Part shown: one piece after another, positions 55,162-64,000 of the stretch
Layout of the letters: each line of letters opens with the position of its first letter
How positions within the stretch are numbered: position 1 is the stretch's first letter
Origin: an uncultured Candidatus Saccharibacteria bacterium
GTDB taxonomy: Bacteria; Patescibacteriota; Minisyncoccia; Phycocordibacterales; UBA9973
Assembly (NCBI GenBank): GCA_964596395.1
Contig: CAZQSY010000001.1
Span: 27,763 to 91,762, forward strand
Length of the DNA: 64,000 nt
Direction of reading: 5' to 3'
Position numbers and translations under genes: made by a program
The notes under the pieces: generated by a model
Database searches by the model: none
Told to the model about the DNA's origin: nothing
Seen by the model: the letters and a program-made list of their open reading frames with translations, nothing else

Positions 55162-56290
55162 GAAAAAATCCCTCTATCTCTTTTGCCATAAAATTCATTT
55201 CTTTTTTTGTGAGTGTTGGAAACATCGGCAAGGTAAGAACTTCTTCTGAGATTTTTTCCGTCACGGGTAGATGCCCTTTTTTGAATCCCTGAGATTTATA
55301 AAATTGAGACAAGTGCACCGGCGGAAAATACACTTTTGCCATGATGCCTTTTTCGTTTAAGTATTTCTGCAAAGCGTCTCGCTTGTTCTTACCTCCTTTA
55401 ATCCGCACGATGTACATTTGAAAAATGTGGCGATACCCTGCTGGCTCCGCCGGCACTGAAATTTCTCTCACATTCTTAAGCTGCCGCGACAAGTAAGCCG
55501 CATTTTTTCTGCGGATGGCAATTAACTTCTCAATCTTTCTAAGTTGGGTGCGCCCAAGCGCGGCAAGAATGTTTGAAAGCCTAAAACCATACCCGAGCTG
55601 TATATAATCCAGATATTCGGCGGTTTTAAAATAATCCTTGGTATCGGCCCTGCCATGGGAGCGAAGAAGCTTCAACTGTTCGTATACGTCTTGAGAGTCG
55701 GTAACAATGACGCCACCTTCGCCAGTACTGATGATTTTTGGAGCGCATAAGCTAATCATTCCCGCGTGTCCAAAAGAACCGACCTTCTTGCCTTTAACCG
55801 TCGAGCCAAGGGATTCGGCGGCATCCTCAATAAGAAATAATTTATGTTTCTCCGCTACCCTCTTCAGCTCTAAAATATTTTTGCAAGCAAGCCCTCCGAT
55901 ATGAACAGGGATGATAGCTTTGGTTTTTTTAGTAATTTTTCGTTCCACATCTTTATAATCCAACCCGAGAGTCTCTCGTTCAATTTCGGCAAAGACCGGT
56001 TTTGCCCCCACAAAAACGACAGCATTCACCGTTGAAATAAAGGTAAATGAAGGCACTATAACTTCATCTCCTTTCCCTATACCCAGCGCAAGCAAGAGCG
56101 CGTGCAGAGCCGAAGTACCAGAGCTGAAAGTGACTGCGTACTTTGTTCCCGTGTATTTTGCGAGTTCCCGCTCAAAAAGGGCAACGTCATCTCCGGTTGC
56201 CCAATTCATCCCGCTTTTTATAATTTGAGATACGACCTTGACATCGTTGCTGTCAGAATACAATTTAAATAAAGGAATTTTCCAAGCCAT
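55154..56290 (-). CDS. DegT/DnrJ/EryC1/StrS-family PLP-dependent sugar aminotransferase
   Basis: family-wide pattern, conserved Lys region; overlapping start with upstream gene. Confidence 0.75.
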   Translation of the reverse strand: MAWKIPLFKLYSDSNDVKVVSQIIKSGMNWATGDDVALFERELAKYTGTKYAVTFSSGTSALHALLLALGIGKGDEVIVPSFTFISTVNAVVFVGAKPVFAEIERETLGLDYKDVERKITKKTKAIIPVHIGGLACKNILELKRVAEKHKLFLIEDAAESLGSTVKGKKVGSFGHAGMISLCAPKIISTGEGGVIVTDSQDVYEQLKLLRSHGRADTKDYFKTAEYLDYIQLGYGFRLSNILAALGRTQLRKIEKLIAIRRKNAAYLSRQLKNVREISVPAEPAGYRHIFQMYIVRIKGGKNKRDALQKYLNEKGIMAKVYFPPVHLSQFYKSQGFKKGHLPVTEKISEEVLTLPMFPTLTKKEMNFMAKEIEGFFHE

Positions 56291-56353
56291 AAATAAAATC
56301 GGTAATATTTATATTAGATCATTATTCTGTAATTAGCAACGCGCTTTTATTCA

Positions 56354-57172
56354 CTAAGAAACCTTAGTACCATAAAGTCCCTCCTTTAATTGAGCGTATC
56401 CCCCTAGTTCGGACTCAACTCGTTTTTGATAGCCATCGGTTTTAAAAAATTTTTCTATTATATTTTCATAATGAGAAATATTTTTTAATATATCTTCGGC
56501 CGCAACAAATTCAACTTGCAAATTTTTAATTTTCTCAAAAAACTCTTTTTTTGTTAGAGACAGGGATCCAAAATACTCGTTTAGTTTATCGTCTATGTTT
56601 CTAAGTCGTTCACCATAGAGGGCTTCATCGGCGAGAGTTTCGTAAAAAGCGCGCGCTCGCGGAATATGGTAGCCATTTGTAACAACAACAATTTTTTTAA
56701 AGTTATTTTCATGGGCAACTTTTGCAAGACTGATAAACTCCTGAAGGGTGGTGAACGGCTCCTTCATCTTGATGATCGTTTCTTCCGGCACCCCATGTCT
56801 TTGAAGAAATTGCGCGCCAACATCTGCTTCTAATGGTCCGTCTGGATATAATCCAGTGTGAGTACCAGTCGTTAACATTCTTACTTTTTCTTCCGCTTTT
56901 TTAAAAATATACTTATAGATTCGCACTCCCGCAATAAAACGGGCCTTTCCCCCAGTGACACCGTGAGTATCCCCCTCGGTAAGTCCTGCCAGGTCGTAAA
57001 AAATTTTTGATCCCCGTTCTTTTTTTGTTATATCTCCACCAAGCACCAGGACAGCATCTGGCTTAAATACAGAAACTTCCTCAATAGTGGAAAGCCCATG
57101 CATTTCTCCCATAAACTGTTCCCGGTACCTTTCTTTTAATACTTTAATATCAATCTGTACTGGTTCTTCCAT
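56354..57172 (-). CDS. DUF218 (YdcF/SanA/ElyC-like) domain protein
   Basis: VVVTNGYHIPRA motif. Confidence 0.55.
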   Translation of the reverse strand: MEEPVQIDIKVLKERYREQFMGEMHGLSTIEEVSVFKPDAVLVLGGDITKKERGSKIFYDLAGLTEGDTHGVTGGKARFIAGVRIYKYIFKKAEEKVRMLTTGTHTGLYPDGPLEADVGAQFLQRHGVPEETIIKMKEPFTTLQEFISLAKVAHENNFKKIVVVTNGYHIPRARAFYETLADEALYGERLRNIDDKLNEYFGSLSLTKKEFFEKIKNLQVEFVAAEDILKNISHYENIIEKFFKTDGYQKRVESELGGYAQLKEGLYGTKVS

Positions 57173-57265
57173 GTTATGCTATTCTACACATTTAGTTAAT
57201 ATATTTGCAATTAAGTCGGTCGTGTAAAGGTTCTACTGTTGTAAAACTAATCCTTTCACTTATTA

Positions 57266-58198
57266 CTAAAGAACCAAAAAAACACCGAGAGCAATAGAGA
57301 GGAGCTGGACGATTCCAAATACTAAAAGAACCTTGCGTGAAGAATACCCTGCTTGAAGCATTCGATCGAAGGCATGCCCTCTGTCGCCTAAAAATGGAGA
57401 GGACCCGCTCAATATCCTCCTAATAATGCTAAACATGGCTTCAAAAATAGGCATACCAATCAAGAATATGGCTCCGAGAGAACCTAAGGGGGACGCAAGC
57501 TGGGGTAAAAATAGAGTTAGCATGGCCAGAATTGCACCCAGCATATAGGCCCCGGAATCCCCCATGAATATTGAAGCAGGGGGAAAGTTGTAAATGAGAA
57601 ATCCTAATGTCGCTGCCAGTAAACATAGAGATAACACTAAAGGGAGAAGCTGCCCGCCGGCGAAAAATACTATTGCAAACCCGATAGCCGAAACTAACGT
57701 TAACATACCCGCCAGGCCGTCCATACCGTCTTCAAAATTGATTGTGTTGGCAACTACGAAGATGGCTCCAAACGATACAAAAATTGAAGGCAGAAACGAA
57801 ATAAAGAAGTTGGGAACTATGCCCGCTCGCGCGAGTATGACTGCTACGACCAGGCAAAGAGCAATCATCAAGAGAGTTTTCAACCCGGGTCTGCGGTCCT
57901 TAATATGCTTCCACTTCCAATCATCAAAAAAGCCGAAAGCAAAGATAATAGTAATCCCGGACATAATACCAAGGGTTGCGGTTAAATAATCTTTTTCCAG
58001 AGAAATTAGGAAAATTAAGCTTGCGAGGATCCCCAGGAACATTGCCAAGCCGCCCAGGAACGGCGTCGGCGATTTATGTATTTTCAATTCGTCTCCTTCA
58101 AACGGGTCAAATATTTTGTGCCGTTTCGCAAAAGCGGTAAGAAGCGGCGTAGCAATGAGAGTGACTACAAATGATATTAGGGCGATGTATATTGGCAT
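57266..58198 (-). CDS. polyprenyl-phosphate N-acetylhexosamine-1-phosphate transferase (WecA/TagO/MraY family, GT4 fold family 'glycosyltransferase 4')
   Basis: 10 TM; NFEDGMDGLAG motif. Confidence 0.75.
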   Translation of the reverse strand: MPIYIALISFVVTLIATPLLTAFAKRHKIFDPFEGDELKIHKSPTPFLGGLAMFLGILASLIFLISLEKDYLTATLGIMSGITIIFAFGFFDDWKWKHIKDRRPGLKTLLMIALCLVVAVILARAGIVPNFFISFLPSIFVSFGAIFVVANTINFEDGMDGLAGMLTLVSAIGFAIVFFAGGQLLPLVLSLCLLAATLGFLIYNFPPASIFMGDSGAYMLGAILAMLTLFLPQLASPLGSLGAIFLIGMPIFEAMFSIIRRILSGSSPFLGDRGHAFDRMLQAGYSSRKVLLVFGIVQLLSIALGVFLVL

Positions 58199-58273
58199 GG
58201 GTATGATTTTAGATTATTTTATAAGTAACTCAATCTTACCACAGGGTTAAGTTGTTGCAAAAATTCTATTTTA

Positions 58274-59059
58274 TTGAATAATAAACTCATGAAAGAGGGA
58301 AACTTTTCAGGGATAATAGAAAAAACTAAATCATTTCTTGCCCCAACTACGGTGGTTGAAAAATTAATCAATGAGAAGTGGTTTGAGAATATGCCAAAAG
58401 CTGATGTAGCTATCATACTCGGGTCGGTTAATAAAAAATCAAGATTAACTATAGATTGTAAAATACGCACGATGGCTGCGGAGTGGTTACTCCATAAAGA
58501 AAAAGTAGAACAAATCATAACGACCGGCGGCAAATGGCCTGGCGCTGGTGATGATAAATCCTCATCGGCTGAGCTGGAAAAAGAATATTTAATAAAAAGA
58601 TTGGGAGTCAGGGAGGAATATATAATCGAAGAACCGGGCAAATCATCCACAAGCACGATTGAGAACTTTGAAAAAATTCTAGACGTACTGAAAGGCAAGA
58701 GATCTGTAATGATAGTCTCAAACGGTTATCACTTGTTTAGGGCAGAATCGGATCTTATAAGGATTTTAAAGGAAAATGAAATGGAATATATCCAGGTACG
58801 TAGCATGCCTGCTGAATTAATATTACTAATAAAATTGAAAACAATGCTTCCCAGAGATGATAAAATTAGAGTTAATCAAAAATTGAATAAGATTATTGAA
58901 CATTATGACATCACAAAAAAAGCGATAGACGAGCATTTCTGGAAAGCTTTAAAGCGTTTGGTGTTAGAGACGGGTGGTTTATTCCTTAACGAGTATGCTA
59001 GAAGAAGAGCAGAACAAAGGAAGAAAACCGGTAGACCAAGTTTACTTGGTGGTGAATGA
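58274..59059 (+). CDS. DUF218 (YdcF/SanA-like) domain protein
   Basis: IMIVSNGYHLFRA motif. Confidence 0.5.
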   Translation: MNNKLMKEGNFSGIIEKTKSFLAPTTVVEKLINEKWFENMPKADVAIILGSVNKKSRLTIDCKIRTMAAEWLLHKEKVEQIITTGGKWPGAGDDKSSSAELEKEYLIKRLGVREEYIIEEPGKSSTSTIENFEKILDVLKGKRSVMIVSNGYHLFRAESDLIRILKENEMEYIQVRSMPAELILLIKLKTMLPRDDKIRVNQKLNKIIEHYDITKKAIDEHFWKALKRLVLETGGLFLNEYARRRAEQRKKTGRPSLLGGE

Positions 59060-59121
59060 ATAAAGTAGCCAAGAAAAATGGATAAACTGTATCGTTTTTT
59101 GAAAAAATAAAAACTGCTCAA

Positions 59122-59709
59122 CTAATTGATTTTGTATATGTAAACCCTGGAAGGTTCTTTGCCGTGTACGGTAATATTCGTCGCGAATTCAAAACCATTT
59201 TTTTCATAGAACCTAATCGCTTGTTTTAGTTCCTCTCCGACAACCAACTTGAACTCTTTAACTCCTAGCCTTTTCATTTCAGCAATAAACATTTGAAGTA
59301 TCTGCCCGCCCAATCCGCCACCTTGCGACTCCTTCCGAACGGCTGCAACCAAAAGCTCCGCGCTAGGCAACGCGCTGCTTTTCTTGGGATAAAGCAAATT
59401 TTCAATAATCCGGCGCACAGTGCGAAAATTCAAAAGTCTCGGCAAAAGATATATACCGGCCCTCAAAAAATATTTTGACAGAAAATACTTATAGAACGCG
59501 TTTAGACTTATTGTACCCGTGATAAACCCGATAACTTTCCCTCCCTCTTCGGCGACTACGCATATACCTCCGTCAAACCTTATTAGCGCTTCATAAAACC
59601 TCTCCAAGAATGATAAGGGCAGGGAGCTTAAGAAGCCCTTCCCGATTTCTTGTTGGTGAATCAGGGCAATTTGCCTAGCTTCTTCTTTGTTCGCAAGACG
59701 GATATTCAT
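59122..59709 (-). CDS. GNAT family N-acetyltransferase
   Basis: acetyl-CoA binding QGGGLGGQIL (Q/R-x-x-G-x-G/A). Confidence 0.65.
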   Translation of the reverse strand: MNIRLANKEEARQIALIHQQEIGKGFLSSLPLSFLERFYEALIRFDGGICVVAEEGGKVIGFITGTISLNAFYKYFLSKYFLRAGIYLLPRLLNFRTVRRIIENLLYPKKSSALPSAELLVAAVRKESQGGGLGGQILQMFIAEMKRLGVKEFKLVVGEELKQAIRFYEKNGFEFATNITVHGKEPSRVYIYKIN

Positions 59710-59712
59710 AAT

Positions 59713-60522
59713 TTATACAACCTTATAAAGATAATGGTTAGTCAGGTGGATGACAAACCCGTATTTTTGATATAACTTGTTGGCCGCTTCCCTCTTTGGA
59801 TTGGTGGTAAGCTCTATCATCTCGCAACCATCTGCTTTTGCCTGCTGTATCACATTATCAAGAATTTTATAACCCAAACCCTTTCCTCGCTGAGATTCAT
59901 CTACAATCATGTCTTCTATTACTGCTTGCTTTCGCAGAAGCGTCTGACGAGGAAAAGCCCAGCCCATGCCGACTAAAACGCCATTGTCATATTCGGTGGC
60001 CAAATACCCTTCCAGCACGGCCTTATATAAACTATACTCTTTCACTTCGGCTGAAGGGTCAAGCTGTTTGACCAGTTCTCTCACTCTATCTAAGTCAAAT
60101 GTAAATTTCTCTTTCACAAACTTGAGTATATCCATGTTTGAATCAAACGCCACGCTTTCAATCTCTTTGAGAGGCACCCATTCAAAAGCGGAATTTTCCT
60201 CATTCAGTTTAATTTCTCCTTCGATCTCAACCAAGAAAGCATGGGACGTAATCGGAATGTCCCCGCCTTTCCATTGTCCGTAACCAGGAAAATCTTTTAT
60301 ATGCGTAACTTTCCCCCCTACGCCCAATTCTTCTTTCAATTCCCTTAACATGCTCTGTTCTGGTGTTTCCATTTCCTGCATAAATCCTCCGGGAATATCC
60401 CACATGCCTTTAAACGGTTCTTCATTTCTTTTCAAAACAAGCAATTTGCCGTTTTGAATGATTACAGCCGTGGCGCACCCTTTCGGATTTCTAAAACTAC
60501 ACAATTCGCAATCAGATGACAT
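59713..60522 (-). CDS. NUDIX hydrolase - GNAT acetyltransferase fusion protein
   Basis: N-terminal Nudix box GGFMQEMETPEQSMLRELKEELGV; C-terminal QRGKGLGYKIL GNAT motif. Confidence 0.65.
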   Translation of the reverse strand: MSSDCELCSFRNPKGCATAVIIQNGKLLVLKRNEEPFKGMWDIPGGFMQEMETPEQSMLRELKEELGVGGKVTHIKDFPGYGQWKGGDIPITSHAFLVEIEGEIKLNEENSAFEWVPLKEIESVAFDSNMDILKFVKEKFTFDLDRVRELVKQLDPSAEVKEYSLYKAVLEGYLATEYDNGVLVGMGWAFPRQTLLRKQAVIEDMIVDESQRGKGLGYKILDNVIQQAKADGCEMIELTTNPKREAANKLYQKYGFVIHLTNHYLYKVV

Positions 60523-60627
60523 AATAATTATTTATCTTTTTAACTCTTAATAATCCTTAAATTATCACTATACTTTATATCATAATACATAATATAAAAC
60601 TAGAACCTATATGGTATAGTTTTAACC

Positions 60628-61416
60628 ATGAATCTTATAGACACCTTGCAAAAACTTGAACCTGTTTTTATCCAAGCAGGACAACTTGCGTTAAAAATGC
60701 AAAAAGGTGTCGGTTATCATAATAAATTGAATACCGGCGATAGTGGAACGGATATAGTCACAGAAGCGGATTTTTCGGTGCAGGAACTCTTGTTGCAAAA
60801 AATGTCCGAGACAGACCTGATTAACTGCCGATTGCTAGCCGAAGAGAAAACCGAATCTGCTAAACTTTTTAACGAGAAAGGCAAACATTATTTGAGCATA
60901 GACCCGATAGACGATACCGCTATTTATGCCAAAGGGAATAAACATTTCAGCACAATTATTTCTTTGCACGACGGTAAAAAATTTCTCTATATGTTCGTAT
61001 ATTTTCCTGCGTGGGAATGGACACATAAGATGGTAAATAGCAGATGCTCTGTGTCGGGCAAAACACCAGACCTTCCTTCGAGCATCCAAGACACTGTTGT
61101 CTTCTGGTCTGGCAATCCACAACAAAATATACCAAAGGATGTTTTAGATAAATTAAACGAGAAGGGTATAAAGTTTGTCCTTGTTAGAGATGTGAATTTA
61201 GATGTCGGCAGTATCGGCATGTTTGCGTCTGGCAAAGTTGCTGGTGTTTACCAGGAAGACCCTAATACTTATGATGGCTTAGTAGAGATGAACATAGCTT
61301 TATCCAAGGGGCTAGAAGTACATTCAAGCAATTTTGACCTTGCCGATATAAAGACAAGGGAACAAGGTTTATATTATTCCGGCTGGTATTTAGCGCTAAA
61401 CATCCCGCTTGATTAA
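60628..61416 (+). CDS. inositol-monophosphatase/CysQ-family phosphatase-like protein
   Basis: VTEAD and LSIDPIDDT motifs (IMPase DPIDGT-like). Confidence 0.5.
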   Translation: MNLIDTLQKLEPVFIQAGQLALKMQKGVGYHNKLNTGDSGTDIVTEADFSVQELLLQKMSETDLINCRLLAEEKTESAKLFNEKGKHYLSIDPIDDTAIYAKGNKHFSTIISLHDGKKFLYMFVYFPAWEWTHKMVNSRCSVSGKTPDLPSSIQDTVVFWSGNPQQNIPKDVLDKLNEKGIKFVLVRDVNLDVGSIGMFASGKVAGVYQEDPNTYDGLVEMNIALSKGLEVHSSNFDLADIKTREQGLYYSGWYLALNIPLD

Positions 61417-62577
61417 ATTGGCTTGAACCAATTTCTTATATTCCCTTTCCAATCGCTCAAACACAAAACGCTCGTCAAATTCTGTCTCCATTTTTTTTCT
61501 GCCTGCCTCGCCCAAGAGCTTTGCGTCTTTTGGATGCTCCAACATCCAAATAAGCGCCTCGGCAAGCAAATCTCCATTTTTGTGCGGAACAAGTATGCCG
61601 GTTACCCCGTCATCCACCGCCTCACGGCACCCACGGACATTTGTGGAAACAACAGGAAGCTCCATTGCCGAGGCTTCTAAAATTGAGGTGCCAATCCCTT
61701 CTCTCCATGAGGGAAGAGTAAAAATATCCATGAGCGGAAGGATTTCGTCAACATCTGTTCTTTCCCCTAAAAAAAGAGCGTTGTTCTGGATTCCAAATTT
61801 CCCCACGATGTCAGGATGAAACCCGTCTTTCTTTTCTGGCTCAAAGAATCCGACGGATAGAAGTATCGCGTCCGGGAATTTTACAATAACTTTCTTCATT
61901 GCTTCAAAAAGCTGAAAATACCCTTTCTCCTCTACTAATCTGGCCATAACCCCAATTACGGGAACTCCATTGGGAATCCCGAGCTCTTTCTTTTTGCTAA
62001 CTATAAATTCTTCAGAAAATCTCTTTGGGTTAAATTTATCAAGATTAACCCATCCGCCGAAATATTTCATTTTACTGATAGGCATAATGTGTTCCCGCTC
62101 TGCTGTAGCCATATCTTCTTTATTCACCGAGAAAACCAAGTGCGCGTTCCAAGCAACTGTGCGCTCCATCCACATAAAAATATGCTTGGGAAGCCAGGAA
62201 GAATTTTCATGAAAATAAAAACCGTGATTGGTGTGAATTATAATAGGGACACGAGCCAACCTAGCCGCGAGCGTCCCTAAAAGTCCAGCCTTCGGCGTAT
62301 GAGTGTGTACTATGTCGGGTTTTTGTTCGCGAAGATATTTTACAAGCCGCACAAGAGACACAAAATCTTTGAGCGGAGTAATACGGCGCGTCATAGAAAT
62401 TTGTTTTACTCTGATACCTGACCGTTCAATATCAGAGACCCAAGGTCCAGGCGAACAAATAGTAGAAACATCATAATCTTTGCTTTTTAGAAAGAGCAAC
62501 TGATTAATCATTAAAAATCTGATGGCTAAATCAACCGTCGTAATGTGAAATACTTTGACTTTGGGTTTTGTTTGCAT
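61396..62577 (-). CDS. GT4-family (RfaB-like) glycosyltransferase
   Basis: C-terminal E-x7-E region EGIGTSILEASAMELPVVST. Confidence 0.7.
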   Translation of the reverse strand: MQTKPKVKVFHITTVDLAIRFLMINQLLFLKSKDYDVSTICSPGPWVSDIERSGIRVKQISMTRRITPLKDFVSLVRLVKYLREQKPDIVHTHTPKAGLLGTLAARLARVPIIIHTNHGFYFHENSSWLPKHIFMWMERTVAWNAHLVFSVNKEDMATAEREHIMPISKMKYFGGWVNLDKFNPKRFSEEFIVSKKKELGIPNGVPVIGVMARLVEEKGYFQLFEAMKKVIVKFPDAILLSVGFFEPEKKDGFHPDIVGKFGIQNNALFLGERTDVDEILPLMDIFTLPSWREGIGTSILEASAMELPVVSTNVRGCREAVDDGVTGILVPHKNGDLLAEALIWMLEHPKDAKLLGEAGRKKMETEFDERFVFERLEREYKKLVQANLIKRDV

Positions 62578-62582
62578 TGATT

Positions 62583-63398
62583 TTAATCTATTCTTTTAAA
62601 CCAAACATCGCCCTGGTAAGGCGAACTTTCTTTAAATTTCTCAACAGAAAAACCCCTATTCGTTAGAAAACTTCTTAAATATTTTCCACTATTCTCGTGC
62701 TGATTTAAGTGATTATGATATTCCATCCTGATTTCTTTAATTCTTTTAAAATAAACATCCGGCAGGTTATACAAAATCTCGTATTCCGCGCCTTCGCAAT
62801 CTATCTTTAGAATATCACATTTATTTATTTTATTTTCATCAAAAATATCTTTTAGAGAAATACAGCTGACTTCCAAAAAACTTTGTTCATCTGCCTTCTT
62901 TAAATCACCATACAAAGCATTAAAGGGCGAGCTTTCCACTGGTAAAAACGAGTGAAAGGGCGACTGACCCAAATATAACTTTCTTTTCTCCCGCTTAGCT
63001 CCCACACTAAGATTAAAAACGAGGACCCTGTTCTCTAATTTATTAAGTTTAATATTTTCTTCCAGCAGGCGAAAATTGTTCGGCATTGGTTCATAGCTGT
63101 AAACAATATTGTTTTTACCGGCAGAAAATATTGAGAAAACTCCTATATTTGCTCCAACATCTATTACAACAGAATTATCGGGGATGTCACCGTAATCTTT
63201 TTTGATAAAAATTACAGCGACAGTAGCGGTACTAACAGAATCAGGGGTTTTTATCCTAATGCCGTTTCTGAAAATATATTCGACGGCCGTATTTGTAAAA
63301 TGAGCGTAATTCAATAAAAAAACCGACCAATTTTTAATTTTGAAAATGATTGTCGGTAGATATCTTAGGTAAATTATTATTTTAATAATTTTTCTCAT
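62583..63398 (-). CDS. FkbM-family SAM-dependent methyltransferase
   Basis: IDVGANIGVFSIFSA motif I. Confidence 0.65.
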   Translation of the reverse strand: MRKIIKIIIYLRYLPTIIFKIKNWSVFLLNYAHFTNTAVEYIFRNGIRIKTPDSVSTATVAVIFIKKDYGDIPDNSVVIDVGANIGVFSIFSAGKNNIVYSYEPMPNNFRLLEENIKLNKLENRVLVFNLSVGAKREKRKLYLGQSPFHSFLPVESSPFNALYGDLKKADEQSFLEVSCISLKDIFDENKINKCDILKIDCEGAEYEILYNLPDVYFKRIKEIRMEYHNHLNQHENSGKYLRSFLTNRGFSVEKFKESSPYQGDVWFKRID

Positions 63399-64000
63399 TT
63401 TAAGAACAGCTTCTTCAGTTTAATAAAAACGGGACTAACGCGATATTTGATGGGGATAAAAGAAAACAAATAAGAAAGCCATCCGAGCATGTACCCTTTC
63501 CAAAAATTGGGAAAATCATCTTTATATCTATGCCTTGCAACTATCGCCAGCCAAAGATGGTGACGCATATTTTTGCTGGAGCGCCCCCTGCTTGAAAAAA
63601 TAGAACTCACAAAATATTCTTGAAAGTTGTAATATTTTCCCGTCTTGCCCAGCTTCATCCATAATTCCCAATCCTGGGTGTAATCAAACTCTTCATCATA
63701 GCCCCCAACACTTTCCCAATCCTTTTTTCTAAAAACAGCTGCAACATGCACAATAGGGTCTGTAATAAGCATCTTATTCCTGATGGCCTCATCGGTTTCG
63801 GGGAAAAGCTGCCTAGATATTTCATTGTAATCGATATCGACTCGAATGATACCTCCACCGACTACCGCATATTCAGGGTGTTTGTTTAAAAACTCTATTT
63901 GTTTCAGTAACTTTGCTTTATCTATCCAAACGTCATCGTCGTCGATTCTCGCAATATATTCCCCTTTGGCCTCCCTGATACCCTTATTTAAGGAACGGAC
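63395..64000 (-). CDS. family-2 glycosyltransferase (partial; N-terminus beyond window end)
   Basis: in-frame continuation upstream of listed ORF: ...KGIREAKGEYIARIDDDDVW... (DxD region). Confidence 0.65.
   Translation of the reverse strand, partial: VRSLNKGIREAKGEYIARIDDDDVWIDKAKLLKQIEFLNKHPEYAVVGGGIIRVDIDYNEISRQLFPETDEAIRNKMLITDPIVHVAAVFRKKDWESVGGYDEEFDYTQDWELWMKLGKTGKYYNFQEYFVSSIFSSRGRSSKNMRHHLWLAIVARHRYKDDFPNFWKGYMLGWLSYLFSFIPIKYRVSPVFIKLKKLFLK

Overview
This 64-kb window looks like a reduced, gene-dense bacterial genome. The gene content and small operons point to Candidate Phyla Radiation/Patescibacteria-like lineage, but that is an inference. The genetic code is standard: RF2 is present and reads straight through with no programmed frameshift. 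Most genes are on the minus strand. From left to right the window contains: (a) a partial CcdA and a small AbrB/MazE-like regulator flanked by palindromes; (b) an oxidative pentose-phosphate operon (pgl-gnd-zwf); (c) a nucleotide-sugar/exopolysaccharide block with a UDP-xylose-synthase-like gene, a GH26-like hydrolase, a processive GT2 with a QxxRW motif, galE and a second epimerase; (d) a metal/thiol-redox island with an HMA-DsbD_2 fusion, DUF3105, a second CcdA, DUF1573, copA, csoR and a textbook CsoR operator palindrome; (e) two NUDIX genes, one translationally coupled to a second AbrB-like micro-gene; (f) tRNA-Gln, pyrG, ftsEX and prfB; (g) a tRNA neighbourhood full of selfish-element signatures: two tRNA-Thr genes, each preceded by a truncated copy of its own 5' end carrying a 20-nt perfect palindrome, a GIY-YIG nuclease gene, a 2H-phosphoesterase, a tRNA-Asp interrupted by a ~215-nt group I intron with R/S elements and P7 visible in the sequence, an adjacent LAGLIDADG endonuclease gene, and two tRNA(CAT) genes; (h) gatCA, htpX, a hicB plus TAG-interrupted hicA pair, lemA, secDF, PAP2, folD, ftsW/rodA, an orphan histidine kinase and a SET-domain protein; (i) a 1285-aa secreted beta-helix/lipase-motif giant protein followed by in-frame promoterless copies of its own C-terminus and by duplicated small membrane-protein genes carrying (AAAT)8 versus (AAAT)9 tracts, which is a candidate cassette/phase-variation system; (j) a cell-envelope glycan cluster with a membrane epimerase/dehydratase, DegT aminotransferase, WecA-like transferase, two DUF218 genes, GNAT, NUDIX-GNAT, IMPase-like, GT4, FkbM and a partial GT2. 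The ORF track assigns M to non-ATG start codons (one confirmed TTG start), so several N-termini were re-set to internal ATGs.
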